Shown: one piece after another, positions 1 through 12,910 of the stretch
How positions within the stretch are numbered: position 1 is the first letter of the stretch
Layout: the number at the start of each line of letters is the position of its first letter
Origin: Cetorhinus maximus
Lineage: Eukaryota
Assembly: GCF_964194155.1 (NCBI RefSeq)
Contig: NC_135888.1
Span: 99,820,001-99,884,000 of the forward strand
DNA: 64,000 nucleotides
Reading direction: 5' to 3'
Position numbers and translations under genes: made by a program
The notes under the pieces: model-generated
Told to the model about the DNA's origin: nothing
Seen by the model: only the letters and a program-made list of their open reading frames with translations
The model's database searches: none

Positions 1-819
1 ACACTTCTAGATAATGTTGCCAAGGGACATTAAAAGCAAAAGCCCCAAAAGTCAGATGCTACAAGCAGAAAAGAGATCCCTCCATATATAAAAAATGTCA
101 GGTCCCCGTCTTCTTTCTCTTCAGTCCCTCCCTATCCCTCAGCTTCACCCTGCTCCTTTCTCCCCTCCTTCAACCTCCTCTTCCTCATAATTTGTCCTCT
201 TATCTGCCTGCTCTCCTTTCTCCCGACCCTCTCATCTTCTAAAGTCTGAAAATTTGGAAAATTAATCTCTAACATTCCTGGACTCAGAAAACTGTTCTTG
301 ATTGAGCTAAACCCGTCATTCAGGGAACAGATTTTTCAAGTTCTTCGGGCCTAGGAACATTGAAGGACTGAAAGTCAAACAGCTGAAGTTAGCTTTGTGC
401 ATGGAACCAGCAGCAGTTTCACAGGGTGGCTCAAAGGAACCTGATGAGTGCTTTTTGAACACCCTGGGATTAGACACACCAGCTTTCATTTTGTTTAATC
501 ATAGTTTATTTCCTCTTTCTTGGCTCCTTCAGGTTTCAGCGGAACTAAATAGATTTCAAAACCAAAGAAAAATTAGTGGCAAATATTGAACAAATGAGCT
601 TAGCTGGTTGACTTATTTCCAGCTGTGAGATGTGAACGCAGCCTCAGAACTTTGGTGAGGTCAGATGAGACCATCTGCTGCACTTCTTTTGATGGCTGAA
701 GAAGCTTGATTCTGCAAAGGCAAAGTCTGCCACAGGTGCCAAATCTCAAGTTGCCCCTTGCTGGTAGTGCAGGATGATGTCTGCAGGCCTGGCATCAGGT
801 CCAGAGCTTCTGAAACCAT

Positions 820-1468
820 GGCCAGAATTTTTAGGTCGGCGTGCAGGTGCACGCCCAACAGGCATGAGCATAAAATGATGCGCGATGACGTCAGGCGTGC
901 ATCCCGATGTCATCGTGCACTCACGCAATATTTCATTCGGCGAGCGCACACCAGGGTCAGCTGTGTGCCCGCCGATAATTAAAAGGCCTGTTAAGGCCAT
1001 TAACAAGCTAATTAAATTCAAATTTACGGTTGGCGGGCAGGCGAAAAGGCCAAGCGACCTTTACATTTTTTAGGAAACCTCATCAACGAGCGGGATGAGG
1101 TTTCCTAAAGCAAACAAACACTAAATAAAAATTTTATTTTGGAATTAAAATCATGTCCCATCTCATGTGGCGGAGTCAGTGGAGGGGACATGTTTTATTA
1201 AATTTTTACTGCCTTTATTAACTTTTTAAAAAAGTACTTCAATCTTCCTGAGGCAGCTCCGTGCTGCATGTGAACTGCGCATTAGGCCCGTCTCTCCCTT
1301 CTACCCCTGCCCGCACAGGCAGCGCTCAGCGCTGCCGCTCGTGATCCACACAGGGAGGGCTTTAATTGGTCTGCCCACGTGAAATTGCGGCGCGGAGTCA
1401 ATTGTGGGTGGTGGTCAGCCTCCCGACCGCCTCCACTGAACCTGCCCAACAAGGGAAAAATCCTTGCC
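820..1468. mobile_element. Harbinger-derived MITE (family 1)
   Basis: TIRs GGCCAGAATTTT / AAAATCCTTGCC; 3-bp flanks CAT/CAC; similar to 6176-6766, 10272-10943, 24519-25228 and to the end of the transposase-bearing element at 51330-51628. Confidence 0.8.
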
Positions 1469-2594
1469 CACATGGCATCATGGTACCGAACTCTTGCTCA
1501 GAGCTGTTGTCACCATTTGCATTGGTCATCAGCTAGAGTTTCCCACGTATTGTGTTTGGGGTGAAGTGTCCTATCCATTTGTTTTCTGGTTGCATGGTGT
1601 GGACAGGATTTGGAGACACATACTTGCCCTGCATCTGCATCTCCCTCTTAGTCTTGTGGACTGAGTCTAGAGGAAGGGTGGGAGCCCCTACAGCCCGCCA
1701 ATTGCAGGAGTTGCCAGCAGGTACTTGCTTAAAGGGATCATCAGCCACCTATAGGACTCCACTGCAGTGCCTTTGACTCTCCCGAGGCAGATCCACAAGG
1801 CAGTGGATACTATTTGACTCATAGCTGGAACCTGGTTAATGGACATCAGGCCATGTCCACATGCCAGTGAGCTTTAGTATTGAATCTCTGGGGGCCACAG
1901 TCCCTCCAAGATCCCTTGCAGTTCAGCCCCGGGCTGTAGGGTATCTTGTTGCCAAAAGTTGCTACGAGGGTGCACTAAAGGGGAATATAGGGATGTAGTG
2001 GCTGTGTATACTATGCATTTGGCTCCCTCTTTGCAGCTAGCCAGCATCCATGAATCATATAACTGCACTTAACATATAACATCACCCTGTGGCAAATTAC
2101 TGGCATACTGAACAAATCAGCTAAGTAATCAAAACGTACCCATATATTTAATATTGAACGGTCATACCTAACAATCAGAGCGTGTACACCAAATTGGTTC
2201 AGTACAGGCATTTTATTAGAACAATTAACAAGTTATATACAGTCCACAGAAAGGATAGTCGAATCAAGAATAGCAAAATATGTACTATGAAATTTAGTTT
2301 TCATATTTCATACAACATGCAGGCCAAAAAGCAAATAAAATACATTCTCATAATTATTCAGCATGTCCATGCAACAGTTTTTATACTGATTCACCTTTTA
2401 ACTTCTAAACAACAAATTAATGTATTACATGGAAACATTGAAACAATGACATTTATTATAAATTGCTGAAAACCTTTTGCAAAAAAAACTCTTGTTGAAC
2501 ATATTCAATCTAAGTAGGGTGCACTCTTTTTGAATCTTTGAAATTGTTGATCATCAACTAAAAGTCATTAAAAAATCTAATAATGTAAGATAAA

Positions 2595-2785
2595 AGTAAA
2601 ATACGGCGGATGCTGGAAATCTGAAACAAAAACAGAAAATACTGGAAAAACTCAGCAGGTCTGACAGCATCTGTAGAGAGAGAAACAGAGTTGATGACAT
2701 ACTCGAAATGTTAACTCTGTTTCTTTCTCCACAGATGCTGTCAAACCTGCTGAGTTTTTCCAGCATTTCCTGATTTTGTTTCTAA
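2595..2785. repeat. Penelope-derived short repeat, two inverted copies forming a palindrome
   Basis: ctggaaaaactcagcaggtctgacagcatctg followed by its reverse complement cagatgctgtcaaacctgctgagtttttccag; same unit at 12683-12910, 28825-29343, 36960-37062, 54236-54342. Confidence 0.7.
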
Positions 2786-3964
2786 TATTTGAATAGATAT
2801 GTTAGTTTTTATAGGTATTGTACTTAAAGGTAGAATTCTAATGGCAGGTCTGCACAGAGACTTCTTATAACTTAACTGAAACTTTTAGTGGGATATTCAG
2901 CTGCAAAATTGTATGTAAGATGAAAGAAACCTTTGACAAAACTTACTTATGTAAACTTCAACAAAGTAAAATAAATAATCATAAAATATCAACATTTTAA
3001 CCAGATACCAGAAAGAAATTTTTACATCAAAATGTTATTTGCTGATTAAAATTATCTATCTTATAAACAGGATAAAAGATAATAATCCTGAAATATTTAA
3101 GTTTCAAGTACATCAACGGACATCACAAAAGTAATCTCAATGACACTCAAACTACAGTCTGTGTATCTTCTATTGTCATTTTTACCTTCAATAATTATTG
3201 ACGACTACATTTTTGCACAAAATATTAATCAGCCAAATCTTCATTTTGCAATAAATAAGTTGGGGTGTGTGCTTTGCCATAATTGGGTGTTAATTCTTTA
3301 CCCCTTCATTAAACAGATAATGCCGTGAAAATAAAATGTAGTGGTTACCTGTGGACGCTGACAACATATATCCGCAAATCAGGTTCATACTGTCAGCAGA
3401 TTTATGCTTCATAGGGATAGGTAAATATCTTTATGATTATAGCTTTGTTTTTATTCAAAGGAAACAGTTCTGTTAAACAACTCTAAACAAAACCACACAA
3501 ATGTTCACAAACAATTCCACTTTTAACACTAAATTATACACTATATAGTTTCATATACTCACTGATGGATGTCTATGAGTGAGTAAAGAAATACTCATGG
3601 TAATCTGAAGATCTAGAGCAAGTTACTGACATTCAAGCCACGATCAAAGTAATGACCTCAATTCATTTTTTATTAAGTTGCTACATCTAGTTTTCAAGTG
3701 AAAAGTGAAAGACTCTCTCCCTTACTTAAGTGAATGAGCATATCTCCTCCAGTTACTCCAATACCAACTTGGTGTAAATGAATGTTATCAGGTATATGAT
3801 GCATTACATTAGCAAACATGTTATTCAACATGAGTAACAGAACAAGGTCTTTCCAGACAAGCCAAAGTGTTCCTCATTGTATTCCTCCAAACTCATTTTG
3901 TGTTTCTTTACTTGTCCCATTACCATCACACTTTGCCTTGCATCAATATCACTTTAGTTACTTG

Positions 3965-4699
3965 GGGCAGAATTTTACATTCTCTGCCGGCAGATTTGCA
4001 GGCAAGGTGGGGGTGAGGTGGGCCCATAAAATTCCTTGGCTGGCCTTCCCACCGGCCTCCCACCCGCCCCACCTCTCCACAATTTTACAGTTGGATCGTT
4101 CATTTGCCTTTGCCCAGTTGAGGCCCATAAGTGAATGCTTAAGGGCCGTTTCCCATCCAGTCTCAATTCTCAGGCTGGCACAAGGAGTTTGGGACAGGGG
4201 GCAAGCCTGGAAAGTGACTCTGCTCAGGCCTTGGATGGGAAAGAGTGGGTGCCTCTATCAATGGCCTCCTTTCATCATCTGGTGCACCCCCAAAAAGTCT
4301 GCCCTCTGTAGGTGCTTCCATCCCCCACTCCCCAGCCTCTCCATCAACATCTGATTCCCCTTCTGCGCACCCCCGCCTTGGGCCTCACCCCTCTCCCCGC
4401 CCTGAGACCCCCACACTGATCTGGTCCTGGACTTTGGGATTTAGAGCATGAGAACTGCTTGTAGTTCCTGTCCTGTCCACTGCAGCTTCTGGTGCTGCTA
4501 GGTCTAGAAAACTGATTGGCCGCCTGTTCTCTGAGGCAGGACTTTCTCCTGAGAGAGGGACTGAAGTCTCATCTCTAGCAAGTTAACATTCCTCAGTGCA
4601 TTAAATGGCTGCGGGGAAGCCAGTATCGGCAGGGTAGCATTCCCCACTGACTCTTCAGGTAGTAGGGCTGGAAACTGCACCATCCTAAAAATATTGGCC
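3965..4699. mobile_element. Harbinger-derived MITE (family 2)
   Basis: TIRs GGGCAGAATTTT / AAAATATTGGCC; flanks TTG/TTA; GC-rich interior resembling 11498-12229 and 48129-48834. Confidence 0.7.
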
Positions 4700-4704
4700 T
4701 TAAT

Positions 4705-4905
4705 CTCTCCTGCCTTCCACCTTATCATAGACCTTCCCTTTTGTTCTTTCATCACCTTTCCTTGCCCTCTTTACTTGCTTGAAAAATTTTATATCCCTAA
4801 CATTTTCGAGTTCAGGAACCATTGACCTCTAATGTTTGCTCTATCTGTTTCTCCACAGATACTGCCTGACCTGTTGAATATTTCCAGAATTTTCTGTTTG
4901 TATTC
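4705..4905 (+). repeat. Old Penelope-derived short repeat
   Basis: ctccacagatactgcctgacctgttgaatatttccag tail preceded by a pyrimidine-rich 3'UTR-like segment as in 12683-12910. Confidence 0.55.
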
Positions 4906-6175
4906 CTTATTTTATTCACAGCTCTTGTGCAATTATCTGGAGAATGCATTCTCTTCAGGACACTGTTTTTGGGAGGTAGGAGCCAGAGGGCATGCATTAT
5001 TTTAGCCATGTTAATTTCTGATTGTGTCATTGCAGTGCTTTAGTGAATACAGTAAAGTCCCGCCATTCATGGGGGTTACTTTCCTACGAAACCTCGCAAA
5101 TGGCGAAATTATGAATGATGAATATGCATCTCAATGGGAGTCAATCAAATAGATTCCAGCAATTTGAGGGCAGCATTGGTTTGTGCAGTTACTGTACAGC
5201 AAATTGTGGTACCTGTGTACAACAGACAGGGGGAGCCTCTGAGCAGTACAAGACGTGTTGAAAATTTTAAAAAGAGACAATCTTCATTTAAGAAAAAAAT
5301 GAATCACCACAAAACTAGCAGACAAAATTGATGAACATTTCAAAATTGAATGGAGCCATTATTGCTGCTCTGGACCGAGAAATTCTGACATTTCCAGGTT
5401 AATCTCTCTGTTCGGCCTGCACTTCAGCTGTAACCATTTCAGGCATCACTTCCCACCCCTGTTGGAAAGGTGCTTAAAAAAAAAGAGGATTAAATGTCCA
5501 CAACCAGGACTAATGTAGGAATCCGCTTCCAGAGACTTAGACACCATCACCCTGTTAAACCATGTCGAAGTCTCTGCTGCATCATGGCTGCCATCTCCTC
5601 AGGGAAAGAGGAGAGAGGGGAAAGCAAACGCAGATAAGTGAGCAATTGCTCAAGCAAGAGGCGATACAATCTACAAAGCCTTTAGCGCGGGTAGGTGAAT
5701 ACGTAAACAAGGAAGTTGCAAAAGGCAGGACTTTACTGTACATGAAAAAGGTTTGCCAAACTTTCCGATATGAAGTCAGTGACCTTTTAGCAGCAGTGAT
5801 TGTGAGGTATGCTGTAGAATAAACATCGTTTTATTTGATTTACATGCAGAATGAGGACAGCACGATGACTTTTGAACTAGACCAAATCAATGGAGTATTG
5901 GAAAGTTGTAGATTGTAACTTACTGTTTGAAGTGAGTGTAAGTTGGTAAATACGCACAACAGAAGAGTATTGCATAGAAATAAATCAGAAAGAAGATTTT
6001 TCTGTTCAAAATTATATTTTGAGTGGGATACACTTACAGAAGCAGTCAGCTCATATTAAAACTGTTTTATTGATAAGATATATTTCTGAATAGTGAGTGT
6101 AGAGGAGACCTATGTGTATCTGATTTTTTTACTCTGCAATTCTCTTCATGTATAATATTTCTGCAGTGCAATGTA

Positions 6176-6766
6176 TCACAGAATTTTACATACTGCGGAC
6201 GGTCGCCTGCCCGACCCGAATGAGTGTGAATTCGCATGAGATGACGTTGAGCGAGCGTCCCGACGCCATCGCGCATTTGCACAATATTTTGCTCGGTGGG
6301 CACACGCAAAAGTTGGAAGAGCGCCCGCTGACAATCAAGCAGGCAATTAAGCTCATTAATGGCCCAATTGTCAGCGATTTTTTGTGGCCCGTCCAACCTT
6401 ACAGTTGGCGGACGGGCCAATCAGCCAGGCGAGCTTTACATTTTTGATGAAGCCTCATCCAATAAAAATAAATATGTGGGGACTGTTTTTTTTAATGAGG
6501 TGAGCTTTCAGGTGCTTGATTGTACTGCATGGACATTTTTTTCAGCATTTTTGTGCTTTCTTTTATTATTTGGAGGTCTGCACCTCCCTGAGGCATCTGT
6601 CTGCCTTCAGGGAGCTCAGTGGAAGCGTTCACCAGCACCCGTGGTGACGTTAATTGGCCAGCCAGCATGAAATCGCAGTTGGGGGCTGATCACAGGTGGA
6701 AGCGCATTTCGCGTCCGCTTCCAGGTCTGCCAATCAAGCACGCCCAACGAACGTAAGATTCAGGCC
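6176..6766. mobile_element. Harbinger-derived MITE (family 1)
   Basis: cagaatttt ... aagattcaggcc ends; internal similarity to 820-1468. Confidence 0.7.
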
Positions 6767-6824
6767 ATTGACTTATCAGCTTTGGCTAGTCAGCTGACAC
6801 ATAAACATTAACATGAGAATGAGC

Positions 6825-7282
6825 ATTATTCTCATTTTCATATAGTTTTTGGACCATTTAAAAGAGTTTGGAACATTTATAGGATTTAAATTTGCATGGA
6901 CTCTATCGTGTGAATTTGCCACAGGACACAAAAAACAATCCAAAACATGTTCAGGCTGAATGCTTAAATGAACCCCCTTCAAGCAAAGAGAACTAGTCAA
7001 ACTATTTATAAAACAAAAGGAAAATTTATGGCAAAACATGAGCATGTGTGTAGATGTGATTGTTTTGCCATAAATTTTCCTTCTGTTTTATGAATAATTT
7101 GACTAGTTCTCTTTGCTTGAAGGGGGTTCATTTAAACATTCAGCCTGAACATGTTTTGGATTGTTTTTTGTGTCCTGTGGCAACTATATTGAATTCACAC
7201 TATAGTGTCCATGTAAATTAAAATCTATAAATGCTCCAAACCCTTTTAAGTGCTCTAAAAACTACATGAAAATGAGAATAAT
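6825..7282. repeat. Long near-perfect inverted repeat (~215-bp arms, 22-nt spacer)
   Basis: 6825-7038 is the reverse complement of 7061-7282, e.g. gccacaggacacaaaaaacaatccaaaacatgttcaggctgaatg vs cattcagcctgaacatgttttggattgttttttgtgtcctgtggc. Confidence 0.95.
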
Positions 7283-7752
7283 TGTATAAGTCTTTCCTTT
7301 GACAGCTGTGTTTGTTACCATAAAGGCATTGTGAGTGGTTACTATTTAATATATAAAAATTACCAACATGCAGGAGCTTAAAAAACTACCTATGTAGATA
7401 TCTGTATCACGCATTTGTACATTAGATAAAGTCAGGGTTATGGAATGCAACAGTGATACACTGACAAAAATTAAAATGTACATTATTAGCAATATCTTAT
7501 GAATAAGTGTTTCAAGGATCTGGGTGAAATTGTACCATCGACCTTTAACAGGCAAGACATTCCCTTGTCAAATGCTGGTGAGTTAATTTTATGATTGAAT
7601 ACACTTTCCCTTAAAAGAATATTCTGTTAACAGTTTTTTATTCTATTGTTAACTGAAGGTTTCAAAAACATAGATAGACTCATCAGTATAAAAATCCAGT
7701 GTATTTTAATTAGCTAGTAAATAATTAGGATATGATCAATTTGAAAGTCATC

Positions 7753-8886
7753 TTATACATTTGGGGAGAAATTGTTTAATTTCAGAGAGCATTTGGATAC
7801 ATCTGTGTGCATGGCTGAGAGGCCAATATTCTCATACTCTTCTTGGTTTGATTGGTATTTGCAGTGAATTAGCATGTTTAAGTCCTTCTGGAAATTCTTA
7901 TTGAGAAATCCATAGAAAATGGGATTAATGCAGGTTGATGTCATTGCTGTCAGATGACATAGTGTAAATACAAGATTATAGTGGCAGTTCATCAGAACTT
8001 CATGATTCCAGTCAAAGACAACATTGAAGATGTTCAATGGCAGCCAGCAGACTGCAAACGCCACGACAATTGAGACCAGCATCATATTTATTCTTTTGCT
8101 TTCATTTACCCTGCTCTCATTTTCTCTCATTTTATCTACCATACCATTTCTTTTCTTTAGGCATATAAAGATTTTCATATAACAAACAAATATAAAGCTT
8201 AGCGGGGCAAAATACTGAACTATGAGGAGACACGTTGTAAAGACAAGTCTATCTATCTCTGATGGCCAGATCTCAATGCATACAAATTTGTCTTTATAGA
8301 ATTCTGAGTGTGAAGAGACATTTCTGAAAGGGTCATCAGTAAGCAGATGAAATATGATGAATGGAAATGAGATTATTAAAGATAGGAACCAGATCAGTAC
8401 AATCCCCCAACAGGCATGGGAGACAGCAGGCTTCCAGCCACGCGGGTTTACAATTAACTGATGCCTTTCAATAGCAATCAGAACTAAGGAAAATATAGAC
8501 ACAGTAACAGATACACACTGGATAAATGAGTTTGCTTTGCACATGACATCTCCAAATACCCAATAATCCATCAGTGTGTACACAACAGTGAAAGGAATAC
8601 ACATGACACAGATAAGAACATCAGATACAGAAAGATTTGCAATCAAGATGTTAGTGACATTATGATTTTCTTTCTGCCTTTTTATGATGAATATGAGGCA
8701 GAGATTCCCAAAGAGTCCTATTATAGTCACTACACTATATGCAAGAATCAGCAGGAACATTACAGGCGAAGAAACTTGGCATGAGTCAAAATCTGCAAAC
8801 CGAGGCCTGGTGCCATTAGGGATGACTTCAGAAATATTTATGCTGTGATTGTACATTGATTCTTCCATTTTACCTGGTTTCATCAT
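7753..8886 (-). CDS. npy6r: Neuropeptide Y receptor type 6 (class A GPCR, Y1 subfamily)
   Basis: 377-aa ORF with 7 hydrophobic segments and GN, LIANLSVSD, ERHQLIVNPRGWKP, CWLP, NPIFYGFLNKNFQKDL. No intron after TM5 (unlike Y1). ESCQ-like N-terminus, TDDPFRN, WPSEIDRLVFTT and EEYENIGLSAMHTD resemble Y6 as I recall it. Met7 (8868) has the best Kozak context. Confidence 0.9.
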   Translation of the reverse strand: MMKPGKMEESMYNHSINISEVIPNGTRPRFADFDSCQVSSPVMFLLILAYSVVTIIGLFGNLCLIFIIKRQKENHNVTNILIANLSVSDVLICVMCIPFTVVYTLMDYWVFGDVMCKANSFIQCVSVTVSIFSLVLIAIERHQLIVNPRGWKPAVSHACWGIVLIWFLSLIISFPFIIFHLLTDDPFRNVSSHSEFYKDKFVCIEIWPSEIDRLVFTTCLLIVQYFAPLSFIFVCYMKIFICLKKRNGMVDKMRENESRVNESKRINMMLVSIVVAFAVCWLPLNIFNVVFDWNHEVLMNCHYNLVFTLCHLTAMTSTCINPIFYGFLNKNFQKDLNMLIHCKYQSNQEEYENIGLSAMHTDVSKCSLKLNNFSPNV

Positions 8887-9040
8887 TCAATCTATTTACA
8901 AATATCTTCATATTAATTTTGAGATTAAGTAATTTTTCACATCTCTAATACTTGCACAAAATAATGACTTTCACTTGTAAATATCCAAGTCTGCTCTCTG
9001 GCTCCTATGGATTTATCCTGCGAATAAAAGAACAAACCAA
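8887..9040 (-). other. 5'UTR part of the receptor coding exon with splice acceptor
   Basis: Minus strand gtttgttcttttattcgcag|gataaatcc; exon starts at 9017. Confidence 0.65.
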
Positions 9041-10271
9041 GTTTAATTCACTATGCTTGTGTTGTGTTTTTACAAACTGACTTGCCCTCAATTTTACACG
9101 CATTCATTTCTTTTTGAAACTAGAAGCCTTTTGTAAGCTATCCTTCACATTGTGTTCTAAGGACCATAATCTTCATGGAGATGTATTTGGGAGACTGAAG
9201 AGTCAAAATAGCTGTCTGACTATTTTGATGGAATGACACAACATTCCATTTTTGATGATTTGCATTGCAGAATTACATTTGTGAATAAAGAAAAATAAGT
9301 TAGTTGAATATTTTTAATGAAGATAGTGGTCCCTTGAAATTGAAAGTCATTTAAAATATACTTTTCAAACCTTAATATATTCATTTTCTGCCAAGTGCCG
9401 AATAGTTCTTCTTGAACATTAGCTTAAAACTGCATTAACAAGATCTCGCCACATGTTTGCCAAACATTTTAATTACAGATACAAATAATAAAAATCACAG
9501 TGAAATTGAATCACTTGTGCAATGGCATTGGCATGACCAGAATGACACGTGGCACTTTTAATTTTGTGGAGTTCAACCATGCAATTAATTGATATTGCTC
9601 GTATCTCATTTGACATTCATTGCATTACAAACGATGGAATTGTAAAGTTTGTGGAGGCAAATCAGGGAGCTTCCCAAATGAAACAAACTGTGATTCTATT
9701 TCTCTTTATGTATATACCCGTAATATATCCAGAGATATTTCTCACATCTCATTAATTACTCAACTGCCACCTGCACTCATACAATATGTCATTCTGACTG
9801 CTATCATTTCTAGAAAGATACTAGCTGAATTACAGAAAGCACAACACTCACAGTCTGCAGTTGTTTTTTACTATAATGCTGGATAGTAATTGATCAGGCA
9901 TATGTAAGTGTCATGTGTAAACTTGCAATTAGGCTTCAAGAATACAACCTTCTAGAGTGACTAAATAGAGCCAACAGCTGTCATAGTTGTACGTAGAATC
10001 TAAATAGATAAACTTAGCTCACACCACTATGGCTGATTTATTTCAAGAGTACAGTTTCAAAAAAACTGATACCAGAGTCGCCTAAAATTTAGTAGCAAGC
10101 TAACTTTTGCATTAATGCTGCTCAGATTTCATATGTAGTGGTGACAGTAGAATACAAGGTTAGAAACATGCACACATACATGAACAAACAATAAAAGCTG
10201 TCTATTTGTAATTAATGATGTTAGTATCTCCACAGCAGTGGTGTGGAATATGCAACAAGTCAGATCACATG

Positions 10272-10943
10272 GGCCAGAATCTTCGGGTTGGCATGTGGGG
10301 ACAGGCCCCGTTTGCCGACGCATAAAATGACGTGCGGTGATGTCGGGCATGAGTCCCGACATCACTGCGCGTCATTCCGATTTTCAGTTCAGCGGGCGCG
10401 CACTGAAGTCAGCTGTGTGCCCACCGAACTGTCAAAGGCCTATTAAGGCCATTTAAATATCAATTAAAATACTTAACGCAGCTGCCCGTCCAACCTTAAG
10501 GCTGGCGGGCAGGCGAAGAGCCCTGGCAGCCTTTGCATTTCTCATGAAACCTCATCCACAGGCGGGATGAGGTTTCGTGAAGTGTTTATAAATTGAATAA
10601 AACTTTTTATTACAGTTCATTGACATGTCCCAGCTCATGTGACAGTGTCACATGAGGAGATATATCTTAAAAATATTTTTTCTTTACTAAAATTTTTGAC
10701 AATCAAGCTAATCTCCCTGAGGCAGCTCTGTGCCTCAGGGAGATTTCTGCACTCTTTCGCGCGCATGCACGAAAGAGCGCAGGCCCCGAATCAGCCTACT
10801 CCCCCCACCCGCACAGCGCTTCCGGGTGTGCATCATTCTGGGTGGGCCTTAATTGGCCTGCCCACGTAAAATGGCGGCACGCCCACTCCCACTCAGCAAC
10901 CGGCCCCACCCCCCCCAGCCAAGATGCAGAGAAAATTCTCCCA
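10272..10943. mobile_element. Harbinger-derived MITE (family 1)
   Basis: TIRs GGCCAGAATCTT / AAAATTCTCCCA; perfect 3-bp TSD ATG/ATG. Confidence 0.85.
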
Positions 10944-11497
10944 ATGAAGTTTCAAATGCTCACTGACCAGAGGTTAAAGGTATTCTGGTTTGGCTGTTGC
11001 CATTCGGCTGTTCTTGCATCTTCCATTTCTCACCTCTTTCACGTTCTGTCCAGAATTCTCTTCTGCTTATTTAGTCTCCTTGGAAGGCAGCAGCTGGCGG
11101 TTGTCCAGTTGCATCCTCCACCAGATGCCCATAAAATGGATCAGCCCATAAAATGGGTCAGCAGCATTGGAAAAAGATGGCAGTGAGCCAATCATCTATA
11201 GATCCTCCTGAACCATGCAGCCCATCTCTTCTCCAAGTCATACTGAATATTCAGGGTTACTTCCACTTGGTTGAAAATCAGCATTTGGGAAGAGGTTGAT
11301 TGAACATGCAAATCATGTCACCCCATTCACTTTATCCACTTCTACCTGAGATACTTATTCACTACATCTGCTCGGAGCTTAGTGAGGAAAGGTAAAGGTT
11401 TTATGGAATTTTGCTTATTTGTTTTCACAGTCGAAATGAAGGTTATGCAGCTGTCCATGCTGATGTTCCTGGGGTGGTTCCATCCCTAAGAGACATA

Positions 11498-12229
11498 GGG
11501 GGGAATTTTACCACCTCCTTTCCATCTACCCCCCACTGCTGGGCATGTTTCGGGTGGGGGGAGGGCACATTAAATAGAATGGGTGGCTGGCCCACTGCCT
11601 CCTCACCCTTGAGCTGTCCCCCTTAATACGGTGGGTGGGTAAGACACCAGCCAGCCTGCCTGTTCTTAGGTCTATTGAGGCCATTAACTGGCCAATTAAG
11701 GGCCAGTTAAGGACCTAATTCTGCCTCTACCGCTGTAATACGAAGGGTGGTGGAAGTTGGAGGAAAGTGCCCTGCCCACTTTTTCACCCTCTGAGGTGAA
11801 AAGGTGGGGAGGAAGTGGGGTACCTCCTTTGGGTGCTACAGTACATGCACTGGGTCACCCTCCCCTCCCCAAGATGTTACCCCTCCTTTGTGCCTCCTCC
11901 TTGACTTTAAAAACTCGACGCTCCATTCACCCCCTCCCCCCCAATCCTTCCCTAGAATCCCTAATCCCACCCTGCTCAAAAAGCCCAGGCTTACCTTAGT
12001 CTGATATCGATGACGCTTCTCCCTGGGGACATCCTTGTATTCCCAGCCATGGCCACTACTTGCTTCTTGCACTGCTGGGACTTCTCAGCTGCCAGCCAAT
12101 CAGATATGGCTGTCCCCAGTGTATTATTGCTGCAGGGCAGCTTTTTAAAAAGTCGGTTGATTCACGACCGACTTTTCTACTGGTGGGGGGAAGGCGAGTA
12201 AACGCCCCCACCCCCGTAAAATCCAGCCC
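11498..12229. mobile_element. Harbinger-derived MITE (family 2)
   Basis: TIRs GGGGGGAATTTT / AAAATCCAGCCC; flanks ATA/ACA. Confidence 0.7.
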
Positions 12230-12682
12230 ACAGTGTAGGGAGGATATTGTTATAGATGGAAAGGGATAGAGCCTCATGCAGAGTGTCTCCATCTGCTTCG
12301 TGTAACTGTGTAGAGCACATTTGTCAAAACAACTGTCCTTGTGGACTTAACAAATCAAAGATTAAAATAAAGAAGATAAGTTGACAGTTTCATAATAAAT
12401 TTAATATTGATATGCTTATGTAATATTATGTGTAATGTTAAACATGTATTTGCTCCAACAACATTCACTGCAGTAGAAATAGTGAGGTTTAATTTATTTT
12501 TGTAGCTTTTTACAATATTTGAATGTTAGGGATGAGCAGAAATCGCAACTAGTTTAAAGTAAACCTTTCAAAATTTATTCGAAAAAAACCTTAATTAGCA
12601 TCTCAAGAAGTGGCAGTGTGCACACACACAGGGGTAAATGCAGCTACATTACATATCCTTTAACCAATGCTGGGGAAATCAT

Positions 12683-12910
12683 CCATGACATTTTTGTCAA
12701 TCTCTCCTTAGCCCCCACCTATCGCTGGCCTTCTATCCAGCTTCACCTGTTCCACCACCCCCCCCCCCCTCAAACAGTATAAATTTCATCACATTCCTAC
12801 TTCTATTTAGCTCTGAAGAAGGGTCCTATGGACTCAAAATGTTAATTCTGTTTCTCTCTCCACAGATGCTGTCAGACCTGCTGAGTTTTTCCAGCATTTC
12901 TGTTTTTATT
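12683..12910 (+). repeat. Penelope-derived short repeat with degenerate hammerhead motif
   Basis: AGCT-CTGAAGA-AGGGTC-CTATG-GACTC-AAAAT-GTT-AATT at 12809-12847, then the family tail. Confidence 0.7.

Noticed and set aside
640-819. Possible minus-strand Myb/SANT remnant
   Set aside because: Too degenerate to support
3818-4354. 178-aa ORF and the many other 60-200 aa ORFs in the track
   Set aside because: They run through GC-rich MITEs or are alternative frames of TE genes; no recognisable domains
5048-5125. Tigger/pogo-like left end (TA-CAGTAAAGTCCCGCC)
   Set aside because: No matching right TIR or transposase found; too weak to list as a feature
5560-5810. Possible plus-strand Harbinger transposase N-terminal remnant
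   Set aside because: Only vague similarity; no catalytic motifs
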